Shown: positions 20,880-32,732 of the stretch, piece after piece
Layout: each line of letters starts with the position of its first letter
Numbering within the stretch: the first letter of the stretch is position 1
Source of the DNA: the human T2T-CHM13v2.0 reference genome, Homo sapiens
Reading direction: 5' to 3' (one strand)
Length of the DNA stretch: 64,000 bases
Assembly (NCBI RefSeq): GCF_009914755.1
Contig: NC_060927.1
Made by a program: the position numbers and the translations under genes
Notes under the pieces: model-generated
Told to the model about the DNA's origin: nothing
Seen by the model: only the letters and a program-made list of their open reading frames with translations
Database searches by the model: none

Positions 20880-21085
20880 GTAAGGTATAATATTAAAGAG
20901 CTCATTTTCTGGAGCTAGATAGCCCACATTTAGATCTTGTCTTAATCAGTTTTTAGTTGGGCACTCTCAGTTTCTCTACCTGCAAACTAGAGATAGCAAT
21001 AGCGTCAATCTCACAAGATTTTATGATGGTTAAATTAACTAATATATGTAAAATGCATGGAATGTAGCCTGCATACAGTAACTAA
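20880..21085 (+). mobile_element. MIR (partly inside IR-A right arm)
   Basis: AAGAGC...CTGGAGCTAGA...CTCAGTTTCTCTACCTGCAAAA...GTAAAATGCATGGAATGTAGCCTGCATACAGTAA. Confidence 0.75.
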
Positions 21086-21250
21086 ATTAAAATATATATA
21101 CTTATGAAGAAATTAACAATTATGATTTTTAAAGTAAATGAATATACTTTAGAATGTAAAATGGTTTCTCTATTTTCAATTCTAAAACATCATCTGTACT
21201 ACAATCATGTTTATAGTACCTAAAAGGAAAGAAGGAAAAAACGAGGCATT
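20943..21250 (-). repeat. Inverted repeat IR-A, right arm
   Basis: Reverse complement of 19650-19955, ~95% identity. Confidence 0.95.
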
Positions 21251-22074
21251 TTTATCAGATATTTTTAAACTCATATACAGTGAAAACACTCATATACAGT
21301 GAAAGGGACATTTCTAAATATTTCTGTCCCAGCAAAGAGGTTTTTGTAGCCAAGGTATTTGCTCATAAGCATCTATAGTTGGATGATGTCACATACTTGC
21401 TCATCTGCCATTACTTGGGAACAGTAGCTTGTGGCAAGCAAGAACCTGAAGCTTTTACATGGCCATGGTTATGAACCAGGAAATAGGGAATTAAATAAAA
21501 TCAGAAAAACGGTTGTTGGATCTAAGTTAGGAATCAGTACAAGACCTCATAGAATGATAGGATGACTCATGGTTCTGTGCCTCCTAGAACAATGTTCAAT
21601 ATGACTAACCTGCCACCAAATTAAATGTTTGCTCCAGGATGGTCAGTAAGACAGGCTTGGATTTTCTAATGGACATTTTAGTAAGCAGGTCTGAGGCAAG
21701 GTAGAGAGATTCAGGAATACTGGGCCATCAGGGATTATAAAGGTTTGAGGGGATAGGAGGGTAGGAATAGAAGAAAGATTCTGTAAATCTTTCTTCTTCA
21801 CATTTGCAAGTCTTTTTACTCTCTATTATGCCTAGGAATGTGTGCTAGTGCCAAGCAAATCAGAGTAAATTCCTCTCTAAAAGAGCCATCCAGTTAATTA
21901 GATTGCAATACATAGATGATATATATCATTTAGCATTCTTAGAGGTTATAAATTAAGACATTACATTCAGTGAAAAACAGCTATATAGTTTACCGATTTT
22001 CTACATGTCTCATAATTTGATGAAAATAAATTAACCCATGATCTGCCTTTATTCTAAAAAAAAAAAAAAACTAA

Positions 22075-22310
22075 AGTTTATTGAGATGGTCACAATACGC
22101 CAACCACTATGCTAAGGAACATGTATGCATTGCTAAGAGATTATTGTGCATATCTATAAAACCAGAGGAAGTATTATTATCCTCGGTGTACAGACAAGGA
22201 AACTTGAAGCTGAGGAAAGAAACATGAATTTCTAAAAATCACACAGTTCATATGTGTGGGCCTGTGAAATCAAACCCAGGTCAACGTGACTTCATCCTGG
22301 GTGTGTAGGC
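22075..22310 (-). mobile_element. MIR
   Basis: TATTATTATCCTCGGTGTACAGACAAGGAAAC...AATCACACAG...AATCAAACCCAGG. Confidence 0.7.
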
Positions 22311-22351
22311 TTCACCATAAAGCTACCCTCAAGTTAAGCCCTGAATTTTTC

Positions 22352-22526
22352 CAGTGTTGCCAACCCTATGTGCAAATTAAAAGCATCTGGACAACTTTTC
22401 TAAATCCTGAGACCAGGCCATACCCAGAACCAATTTAGTAAGATCTTGGGGATAGAATCCAGGCACTCGTAAGTTTAAAAAATTCCCCAGGTGATTCCAA
22501 TGTGCAGCCAAGATTGAGAACATCTG
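22352..22526. mobile_element. MER5-family hAT-Charlie DNA transposon (MITE)
   Basis: CAGTGTTGCCAACC...TCCCCAGGTGATTCCAATGTGCAGCCAAGATTGAGAACATCTG. Confidence 0.8.
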
Positions 22527-22809
22527 TCATATATTCCACTCAAAAAAAATTTCACAACTTTGAATTTTGTCCTTTACATAAAATTGCCACAAAGTATCTG
22601 TGGTTCTCATGTTCTACTATTTTGATAAATGAAAAAATACTTGTATTAAAAATATATTCCAAATACCCTTCTAACCATTCTCAAAACTGAAATACTCCTA
22701 GAAAGACTTAATCTAAATGTTTGTTTGCCACTAGCATTTTTTTCTAAGTTCATTAATTTTTACTTCATGAATTAGAATATTTCAATAGCATGTAAATGTA
22801 CAATTCTCT

Positions 22810-23060
22810 GTAGTGTGATGGTTAAGCATTGGGGATTTGATGCTGGCATGTCTAGGTTTGAATCCTGGCTCTATAATTACATTAGAGCAACTTAAATTCT
22901 TTGTGCTTCAGTTTTATCATGTGTAGAATAAGGTCAACATTAGTACCTAACTTGTAGACCTTAGAATTATGTCATAATTAAGTTACATATAAAGAAGACT
23001 TAGAATAATGCCTGTTACATAGTAAAAACCCAATGAATTTTAGGTATTTCTATTGTTATT
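22810..23060 (+). mobile_element. MIR
   Basis: GTGATGGTTAAGCA...GGTTTGAATCCTGGCTCT...CTTCAGTTTTATCATG...TTAGAATAATGCCTG. Confidence 0.8.
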
Positions 23061-24904
23061 TTGTGTGTAACAGGGGAAAACAAGAGAATGCATTTTCCTC
23101 TGTCACACAGACATCCACTGATGAAATAAGAATCTAATTATGTCTCATATACCTGCCCCAGATTTGAAAGGTCATTTTTTCTCATCAGAATGAGTCATTT
23201 CATTACCCTCTTTTCATTGCTGGAAAACTTGGTGCAGGCTTTTTACTTTTGCCATTGAATATGCACTTAATACTTGGCCTGAATCAATTCTTCTGACTTG
23301 TGATCACTACTATCTATCCATTTTTCTGTCTCAGTGCAGCACTAGAGAAATTCTGCTCTACTCCTCAGTAGACACAGTAGTAATTAAGATAAGTTCAAAG
23401 TCTGCTGTAGCATATGGAGCTAAAGTCTGTTTCCACCTATATCACTATGGGCTGCCTCTCACTTGCATCAGAATTCAGAGACTGACATTAGCAAGCCTCC
23501 TTCCAGCTTGCATGTAAGAGAGACCTCGCTGGGGATACAGTGGTGAGGCTTCAGCTTTCTGCAGTGCACATTCAACATGGCCACAGCTCTCAGCTGACAC
23601 ATAGCATTTATACCATAATCTAGCACGTTTTTCAATTCAGCATTATATGTTTTTTCAATATATGACACTAACACATATTTGACAACTATACTCCCTTTTT
23701 TCTTCTGCCTTTCTTTTTCCCTATAGATCTCAGCTATAGACTTTTTTTGAGTGACAAAGAGTTTTCTCTACTTTGTCTTCTTATCTCTGGGCTACAGTAT
23801 ATTTTGCTTACGCCATTTATTTGCTTCCTTTCACTATTCCTTTCAACACATGCTATTCCATTTTTTCTCTGAGGTGCAGAAAAAATTTAAAAGAGAATGT
23901 AAATTGAGTCTCACATACAAAAATGATTGGTTGGTTTCATTTTGGAAATTGAGAGAAATCATAAAAATTTCAACAAAGAAATAGATAGGGATACTCAGAA
24001 GGCTGGTCAAACTCTAGAGGCTGTCTGCATATTCCTAAACAGAAGTGAATGGATGAACCAGGCAAGTCCAGAGTCAGTGAAGCATGATATCAATAAGGCC
24101 ATTTAACAACAAAATGTGTTAGTTCAGATGGACCTAATTGATGAGGGATATCTGATGGGGCAATCTTTGTACAGAAGGTCAAAACCAAGGTAGCCTGCTC
24201 AGACCTATGGCAGAGGCAGACTGATATCTTCTCAGTGTGGGCCCAGCCAGAAGTTTTTCAAAGTAAGGTGGTAATAAAGCTCCCTGGGAAATCAACCAAT
24301 TGGCATTGAAAAAATTTGTCACACATTATAAATAGAGTACCCAGGAGTAAATTGTGCATACTTGTGAAATACATCAAGCATTAAATGGGGCCTCAGTGCA
24401 GTAACATGTCCTGGTAACCTTAAACACGTCATATAATTATTTCCGAATTCCCCCACACACTGAGTAGCTTGACTATCTTACACATTTAGATAAGATACTA
24501 CCATTTCATTTATTATATATATGAAATGTACCTCCACTGTTATATATGCAAGATCAATGCTTCGAATTTTATAAAACCTACATTTGTGCCCATTCTTTGG
24601 AAGTACACATTTGGTATTATGATAAAAGTATTAAAATATTATTACTCCAATACTCGCAGCCAAAATTTCTGTTGTTAGATATCAGACACTGGCCACCTTG
24701 TACTAAAACATATCCTATCTATGATTTGTACTGCTTAAATAAGACTCAATACTTTTACATTTCATGATAATGATGGATATAATGAAGTATTACACCAGGA
24801 CAGAGCTGAGCTATTACTACCAAGCCTATTATTATTTAGGTCCATGTGAGAACTTGGAAGAAAATTTCAGTAACTCAGTGGTCTTCAAACATTTCAAGTA
24901 GTGT

Positions 24905-25050
24905 GATCTATTTAAAGGAACCACTTAGAACCTCAGTTTCTCAAAATCTCAATAGAATAATAGCAAGCCTCTATTCTTCAAATAATTATAGTGAGGTTAA
25001 AATGATATGGTACAAGTTGTATAAAGATGTACAACTGTGATATTATTATT
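24905..25050 (+). mobile_element. MIR fragment
   Basis: CCTCAGTTTCTCAAAATC...AATAATAGC...GAGGTTAAAATGA. Confidence 0.55.
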
Positions 25051-26822
25051 TCTGGTATTGGTCATACAAACAGCTATTTTATAGTATGATAAATGAGGTT
25101 TTCACAGCTTCATCAGAAACTCTTTTAAGTCATAATTATATAAATATAACCATTGTATGATTTTGTGAAACTATTCTTTTTAATGTAGTTCTTTACCTGG
25201 TAGATATCAATTTGTCAATTGCTTTCTCACACGATATATTCAGAAATTAAAGATGTATGGTTTCTCCAATCCCAGTATGAGCTGAGATTCTAACAGTTTC
25301 CTACTAAGAGGGCATGTTTCTCCATGGAAGCTTGATCTTAGCAAATAGGACTTTGTTATTTCAAACTCTTTATTTGAAGGTATTATTACATTCAACGTAC
25401 CAATGAAGGAACTGAAAGAAAAAAGCATCAAATTCCCTGTTTCTGGTTCAGCTGCTCTCCACAGCTCCACAGGATTTCTCACATCCATGGCTCATTTCTC
25501 CTTTGGTTTTTAGAACTTGCAATTACATTATTTAAGGTTATCAGTTCTGCCAACCAAAATCCTTTGTTTGTTGTAGGATAAATAGATAAGTAGTCTTTAA
25601 TTAACAGAGGCTAATAAAACAATGTCACCTTATTGTCAGCGGTCTAAAATCTTCAGAAGGCTCTCTCCAGAGACGCATAATCCGTGTTTTCTTACTTCTT
25701 GACATTGTGTTTCTCTCCATATGCAAACCAGGAAGTGTGGAGTGAAGGATGCCGTGACACGCTTTGGTCCCTAACAGTGTAAGCGGCATGAGGCAAGTTA
25801 TCTTCTGTGTCACTGACTTCACCACATGAAAACCAGGTCACTGTCTCATTGCCCTCCCATGGATAACTTAAGGAAGAAGCCCTCAAAAGGATTCTAAAGT
25901 TATTGCAAATACAAGGTGTTTTCTTAATTCTCCCTGATAGTCATACCAGGTAAATATGAAAGTTTGCCAATGAAAAGTGGTTTCACTTCAATAAATTCTC
26001 TGATTAGTTAAACTATAGAAGGAAAAACACAGGGATTTCAGACTTTCACTAACTGATTTTAATTTTGTTCATTCCTTCCTTCCTTCATTTACATGGACAG
26101 CAGCTGCAACACAGTGATTTTATTTTTACTTCTCGTACCATGGCATTTTATTATTACCTGTCTCTGCATAGCTTTTTATGTTTCACCATTTTCCCTTCAT
26201 CCCCCATCTCAAGTACTATTCCTCTTCCCTCATGAAACCCACCTTGATGTATTTAATATATGTCCTCAAAGCTATCTGGCATAAATTAGTTTACCCGTAT
26301 GTATGTCTCTGATACTTATGTAGCTTTCAGTTTATAATTTATATAAAATAATTATTCTGCTTGTTTTCCTCAATCTATGCTTTGGAAATCTATTTATTCT
26401 GTAACATGTAGATCTATTTCATGTCCTATAACCACTGCACAGAATTACAATTATATCATAGGCACATTCCACATTTTGTTGCCTATCATCTTGATGAACG
26501 TGGTGATTTCGGGAGAGCTCACCTATGATTAAAACACGACAGTTACACTGTATCTGTTCTCCTTCCCATTGGAAACTAGGAATTGAGCAGCAGTTGACGA
26601 GTGCTAAGATAGAGAAACTATTTCTTTTTACCAGAGGAAGAAAAAGGAAGGGAAGTATCATTTATTAGGGCCAATTCTACTGAAATGGAGATAGGGAAAA
26701 ATATCATCTCCCAGGATTAATTACAGTGAAGCTACTCCTCTCTACCTATGCAACTATGTGAGTCTTGCCTGGCCTTGCTCTCTTAGCCTACCCGAGCAAG
26801 TCAGGCCAAGAAGCTAACTTTT

Positions 26823-28813
26823 TGTTTTCATTAACTTTTATTTTAAGTTCCTGGGTACATGTGCATGATGTGCAGGTTTGTTACATAGGTAAACATGTGC
26901 CATGGTGGTTTGCTGCAGAGATCAACTTACCACTCGGGTATTAAGCCCAGGACCCATTAGCTGTTGTTCCTGATGCTCTCACTTCCCTGCCTGACAGGCC
27001 CCAGTGTGTGTTGTTCCCCCATGTGACCATATAGTCTCATCGTTCAGTTCCCACTTATAGGTGAGAACATGTGATATTTGTTTTTCTGTTCCCGCGTTAC
27101 TTCGCTGAGGATAACAGCTTCCAGTTCCATCCATGTCCCTGCAAAAGGACAAGATCTTGTTCCTTTTATGGCTGCATAGTATTCCATGTGTGTGTGCATA
27201 CCACATTTTCTTTATCCAGTCTACTGTTGATAGGCACTTGGGTTGATTCCATGTCTTTGCTGTTGTGAACAGTGCTGCAACAAAAATGTGCATGCATATA
27301 TTTTTATAATAGAATAATTTATATTCCTTTGGGCATATACCCAGTGATGGGATTGCTGGATCAAATGGTATTTCTGCCTCTAGATCTTTGAGGAATCGCC
27401 ACACTGTCTTCCACAATAGTTGAACTAATTTACACTCCCACCAACAGTGTAGAAGTGTTCCTTTATCTCCTCAACCTCACCAGCATCTATTGCTTATTGA
27501 CTTTATAATCATCATCATTCTGACTGGTTTGAGATGGTATCTCAATGTGGTTGTGATTTGCACTTCTCTAATGAAAGAAATAAAGATATTCAAATAGGAA
27601 GAGAGGAAATCAAATTATGTTTGTTTGCAGATGATATAATCCTATATCTAGAAAACCCCATCGTCTCAGCCCAAAAGTTTCTTAAGCTAAGAAGCAACTT
27701 CAGCAAAGTCTCAGGATACAAAATCAAAGTGCAAAAAATGCTGACATTCTTATATGCCAACAACAGGCAGGCAGAGAGCTAAATCATGAATGAACTCCCA
27801 TTCACAATTGCTACAAAGAGAATAAAATACCTAGGAATACAGCTAACAAGGGAAGTGAAGGACCTCTTCAAGGAGAACTGCAAACCTCTGCTCAGGGAAA
27901 TCAGAAAGAACACAAACAAATGGAAAATCATTCCATGCTCATGGGTAGGAAGAATCAATGTCATGAAAATGTCCATATTGCCTAAAGTAATTTAAAGATT
28001 AAAGGCTATTTCCATTAAACTACTATTGACATTCATCACAGCATTAGAAAAATATATTTTTAAATTCATGGGGAACCAAAAAAGAGCCTGTATAGTCAAG
28101 ATAATCCCAAGCCAAAATAAAATAGCTGGAGGCATCACACTACCTATTTCAAACTATATTCCAAGCCTAGCATAACCAAAACAGCATGGCACTGGCACAA
28201 AAACAGACACATGGACCAATGGATCAGAATAGAGAACTCATAAATAAGACCACACAACTACAACCATTTGATCTTCGATAAATTTGACAAAAACAAGCAA
28301 TGGGGAAAGGATTTCCTATTTAATAAATGATGCTGGGAGAACAGGGTAGCCATATGCAGAAAACTGAAACTGGACCGCTTCCTTACACCTTATAAAAAAA
28401 TGAACTCAGGATGGATTAAAGCCTTAAATGTAAAACCCAAAACTATAAAAACCCTCGAAGAAAATCTATGAAATATCATTCAGGATATAGGCATGAGCAA
28501 AGATTTCATGATGAAAACACCAAAAGTAATTGCAGCTAAGCAAAAATTAGCAAATGGTACGTAATTAAACTAAGAGCTCCTGCATGGCAAAAAAAAAAAA
28601 AAAAAAAAAAAACTATCATCAATGTGAACAGACAACCTACAAAATGGGAGGAAATTTTTCAATCTATCCATATGACAAAGGTCTAATATCCACAGTCAAC
28701 AAGGAACTTAAACAAATTTACAAGAATAAAACCAACAACCCCATTAAAAAGTGAGCAAAGGACATGAACAGACACTTCTCAAAAGATTATATTCATGCAG
28801 CCAACAAACATAT
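26823..28813 (-). mobile_element. 5'-truncated, 5'-inverted (twin-primed) older L1PA (about PA10-13)
   Basis: 26823-~27572 is 3'UTR and ORF2 end on the minus strand; ~27573-28813 is upstream ORF2 on the plus strand. Degenerate TSD GAA(G/T)CTAAC(T/A)TTT at 26810-26822 and 28814-28826. Confidence 0.92.
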
Positions 28814-28888
28814 GAATCTAACATTTAAAAGGACTGAAACTTTATTGACTTTATTCACTGAATAATTCTTAACCCTCTTTATTTTCCA

Positions 28889-28975
28889 TTTTCAAATTTG
28901 TTTGATATTCCATACTCCATATTGCTGACCTTGGCTTCAGCAATATGGAGTATGAAATATAAAACAGTTTGAAAA
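28889..28975. repeat. Short inverted repeat/hairpin: 18-bp perfect stem, 8-nt loop, extends imperfectly to ~40 bp
   Basis: CATACTCCATATTGCTGA (28911-28928) pairs with TCAGCAATATGGAGTATG (28937-28954). Confidence 0.95.
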
Positions 28976-30099
28976 ATATATATATTTTTCAGCTATATAC
29001 AGCTTCACACATGCACTTGGAGTTTGACTTTTGAGAACACTCGGTCAGGGCTCATATAATCTTTTATCTATGATTTGCATTTACCTGTTAGATCATTGGC
29101 TTTAAGCTGTTCTGGGGAGCAACAAAGATGTCTCCAATTAAGGCTTAAGGGTTGCCCCAAGTAATCAATATTTAGCTTTAATTTGCATCCTTAAAAGGAA
29201 CAAAAAATATATATAAATTGAACAAAATTGATAGCAATTCACTTTCAAGGTTTGGGGAATATGAATGGTAAAATGCCATTCCCCTAGCAAAGAAAATCAA
29301 TGGATAGTACATTACTTTCCAAATATCTGATTAGCTTACTTTAATATGACTAGCATAAATCCACAAGAGAGTTACTGTAATATCGTATATTTCATCTTCA
29401 GTGCCCATATTAGGCTATTTGATTAATTGTCCTACATTTTCAGTAATCCTTAAAAATTTTCCCAAAATGAACTCCTTTCATTCTGGTATTTTCAACATAG
29501 ATTTTTCTTCCCTGGGTTTTTCAATAATGAGACTCTGTGTGAAAGTAGATATAGCTTTCAGGAGCACAAAGAATATTACATAAAAGGACATTTTAATACT
29601 TGTAAATGAGTTGTAGATGCAAACTTCTCTCATGATCCACAGGAAACATTCTAGTTACTATATCACATATGCAGATCCTGTTTTGAATATGAAGAACATG
29701 GAGATAACCTAGCACAGCATGATTGGATTGTCAACTTAATGTTTTTATTCATTATTCCCAGCAATTTCAAATCAGATTATAACATGTGTAAACTACAATT
29801 ATTATAATGCAGTTTTTATGAATAGATGCTATGCAATTTAATATGGTCATTAATTATCAAAACAATCATTTTTATAAAATACAATTATGCAATAGGAAAG
29901 ATGCGTATTTTAAAGTACACACATGCAATATGCAGAAGGAAGAAATGAAATAAAGAAAATATAAAAAAAACAAAAGGACATAGGAAAACAACTTTAAATG
30001 GCTATTGATATTCACCCATCAGTAGTTACTGACAAAAAAAATCTTATATTAAAATAACTAATAAGCTTAATTTATATGCTGGCTTAATATACAGACAAC

Positions 30100-30359
30100 A
30101 TATATATATATGTAAATCCACATTGTTTACATGTATATGATATATGTATATGTTTGTATGGTGTGCGTGTGTGTATACCCATAGATATTCACATATGCAA
30201 TCCAAATATATCTCCAGATGTATATATATCCATGCATATCTCTCCATATATATCCATCTCTCTATATTATATATAATATATATATAATAATATATATATA
30301 TCTGCCTGCTTTGAGCTGCTTTGAAGGCTCGCACTCTCTTTCTCTCTCTCCATAGATAG
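30100..30359. repeat. TA/TATC-rich low-complexity tract
   Basis: Seen directly. Confidence 0.8.
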
Positions 30360-31014
30360 ATGGATATTTCAACGCAGATCACAATGGTGTAGGCACTCGA
30401 TCTTCCAGATGTTTTAGAGGTGAGCCCACTGGAATTATATTAGTTTCGAGTTTTCTTTGATTATTTTAGTAGCATTTTGAGAGGGCCTAAGATAGAGTCC
30501 TTACTTTCCAATTCTTCTTGGTTGTAAAACTGAAAAATTGACTCAAAAAGTCAAATGGAGCAAATTATAATATTGGATTTATCGCTGGTAACATTGGATT
30601 GTAGAGATTGGGTGGACTTGAAGTCAAAACAGGGCCTTCTCTTTTAGGACCACAAGCCCATAGAGTAGGGTGGACACACCCCTTCACTGAGTATCAGAAG
30701 GGAAGACAAGACAGAGAAGAGGCCTTGATGGGCTGCAGAAGGGAGGTGCATTTTGTCTGTTCCTGGCATGGTGACTACAAGAGCAAGTTCCACTATGCTT
30801 GAGTTCTGGGAAGCCATAAGTAAGATAAAAGGCTATGTACTATCAGCATTGTTTCTGTAGAACTCACTGGTAACATAAGCCAATCATTATTCACTCCCTT
30901 GGGGAGGAACAAGTATTAGGATGAAGATAAAACTGGTCACTCCTTCCTCAGAATGTAGAATTATTGGCAAAAGTTTCCTTTTCGGGACCTCAGTAGCAAT
31001 GCAACAGCATCATC
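30360..31014 (+). repeat. Inverted repeat IR-B, left arm
   Basis: Reverse complement of 31946-32603, including a 36-bp perfect match TGAAGTCAAAACAGGGCCTTCTCTTTTAGGACCACA. Confidence 0.95.
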
Positions 31015-31945
31015 ATGCCAACAGTAGTTTGTGGAATCCATTCATCTTCCTACCAGACTCTAGGGGTGATATCATCAAGATTCCCAGAATATAGAGGCAG
31101 AAATATAAAAAGTGATATGGAATCGAAACATAGGTCATTTTCTCAGCTTAGGATCAGAAACTGTATTATTTAATGGTTGTCTTCTATTTTCTTAGTGGAT
31201 TTTATCTTGGGCTACTTCATGGTAGCTGATGCCTGTATCCCACCCCTGACATGGACACATACATTTTTACAGTTCTTATGTGATTCGATATAGATTGGTT
31301 TCTCACCTAAATAGAAAAAAGAATTATAAAACTTCCTAATGGTGGTGAAGGAAGCAACTTCCTTGGTAAGTACAAATGTATCAGAAGTGCTTGATTCAAA
31401 ATGTAAACCTTTCCTGTTCAGGGAGTAACAGGCTATAAAAGGATTGGCAGGACTCAGGACTTACTGGTTGGCAAACCTATTACAATTAACTGTTTCCTGA
31501 AAGTGTCATTCAGCCTTGTAGAATAGATGCCTCTGTTGGGGCTGTGTTCTCTTGTCTGTCATGAACAGACATAGAGAAAAATAGCCTCAGTATCTCAGTC
31601 TTATATTGTTGAGAATAATCTTATTGTATAAGAATATTGAAGCAGGAGTGCTGTAAAGGATTTTAATATTTTGACTATAATACAAAACTGTCTTTTACAT
31701 TTATACACATGTATTTAATAAAGGCAATGGTTTCAAACTGATTTTTATGTTGCTACTATTGTATTGTCTGTGATATTTATGCTGTTGTGGGTCATCTATA
31801 CAGTCTCTAGTGAGCTGCTTTGGAGAGTGTGGCTGAGCATAATTTGATGAGAAAAATAGAAGAACAGAGGATTTTTTATTCAGATTCTATGTGAAAATAG
31901 GTTAAAAGAACATAGCACATAACATTAGAGATAGAGGAGGACTCG

Positions 31946-32603
31946 GATCATCTTACTACATTCCCATTGTGGTCTCCAAAAAGGAAACTGCTGCCAATAA
32001 TTCCAGATGCTGAGGAAGTGTCCACATTTTTCTTTATCCTATTAATTGCTCCTTCCCAAGAAAGTGAGTAATAATTGGCTCATGTTACCAATGAGTTCTG
32101 TGGAAGCAATGCTAATTGCACATAGCCTCTCTCTTACTTGTGGCTTCCCAGAACCCAAGCATAGTGGAATTTGCTCTTGTAGTCACCGCACCAGAGGCAG
32201 AAAAAATGCACCTCCCTTCTGCGGCCCATCAAGGCCTCTTCTCTGTCTCACCTTCCCGTCTGATACTCAGTGAAGAGGTGGGTCCACCCCACACTATGGG
32301 CCTGTGGTCCTAAAAGAGAAGGCCCTGTTTTGACTTCAGGTCCATCCCACTCTCTACAATCTAATGTTACCAGTGATAAACCTATATTATAGTTTTCCCC
32401 ATTTGACTTTTTGGGTCACTTTTTCAATTTGTTAGAGCCAAGAAGGATGGGAAAGGGAAGAATCCATCTTAGATCCTCTTCCACAAAATACTACTGAAAT
32501 TAACTAAATGAAACTAAAAAATAATTTACTTCCAATGGGCTCACCAGTAAAATATTTGGAAGCTCAAATGCCTGTACAAATATGATCTCATTGAAAGATC
32601 CAT
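31946..32603 (-). repeat. Inverted repeat IR-B, right arm
   Basis: Reverse complement of 30360-31014; core ~90% identical, ends ~65-80% (hand estimate). Confidence 0.95.
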
Positions 32604-32732
32604 ACATATAAATATATAGATATATATTTGTATAGATATAGATATGGATGATGTAGAAGATATATATATGGATTATATAGATGATATATACATATAGTCA
32701 CATAGATATAGATAGATATAGATGTGGATATA
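32604..32732. repeat. GATA/TA-rich low-complexity tract
   Basis: Seen directly; compositionally the mirror of 30180-30359. Confidence 0.8.

Noticed and set aside
30608-32313. ORFs within IR-B arms (30608-30802, 32046-32273, 32116-32313)
   Set aside because: Non-ATG starts and no transposase or other similarity, so no support for an autonomous DNA transposon.
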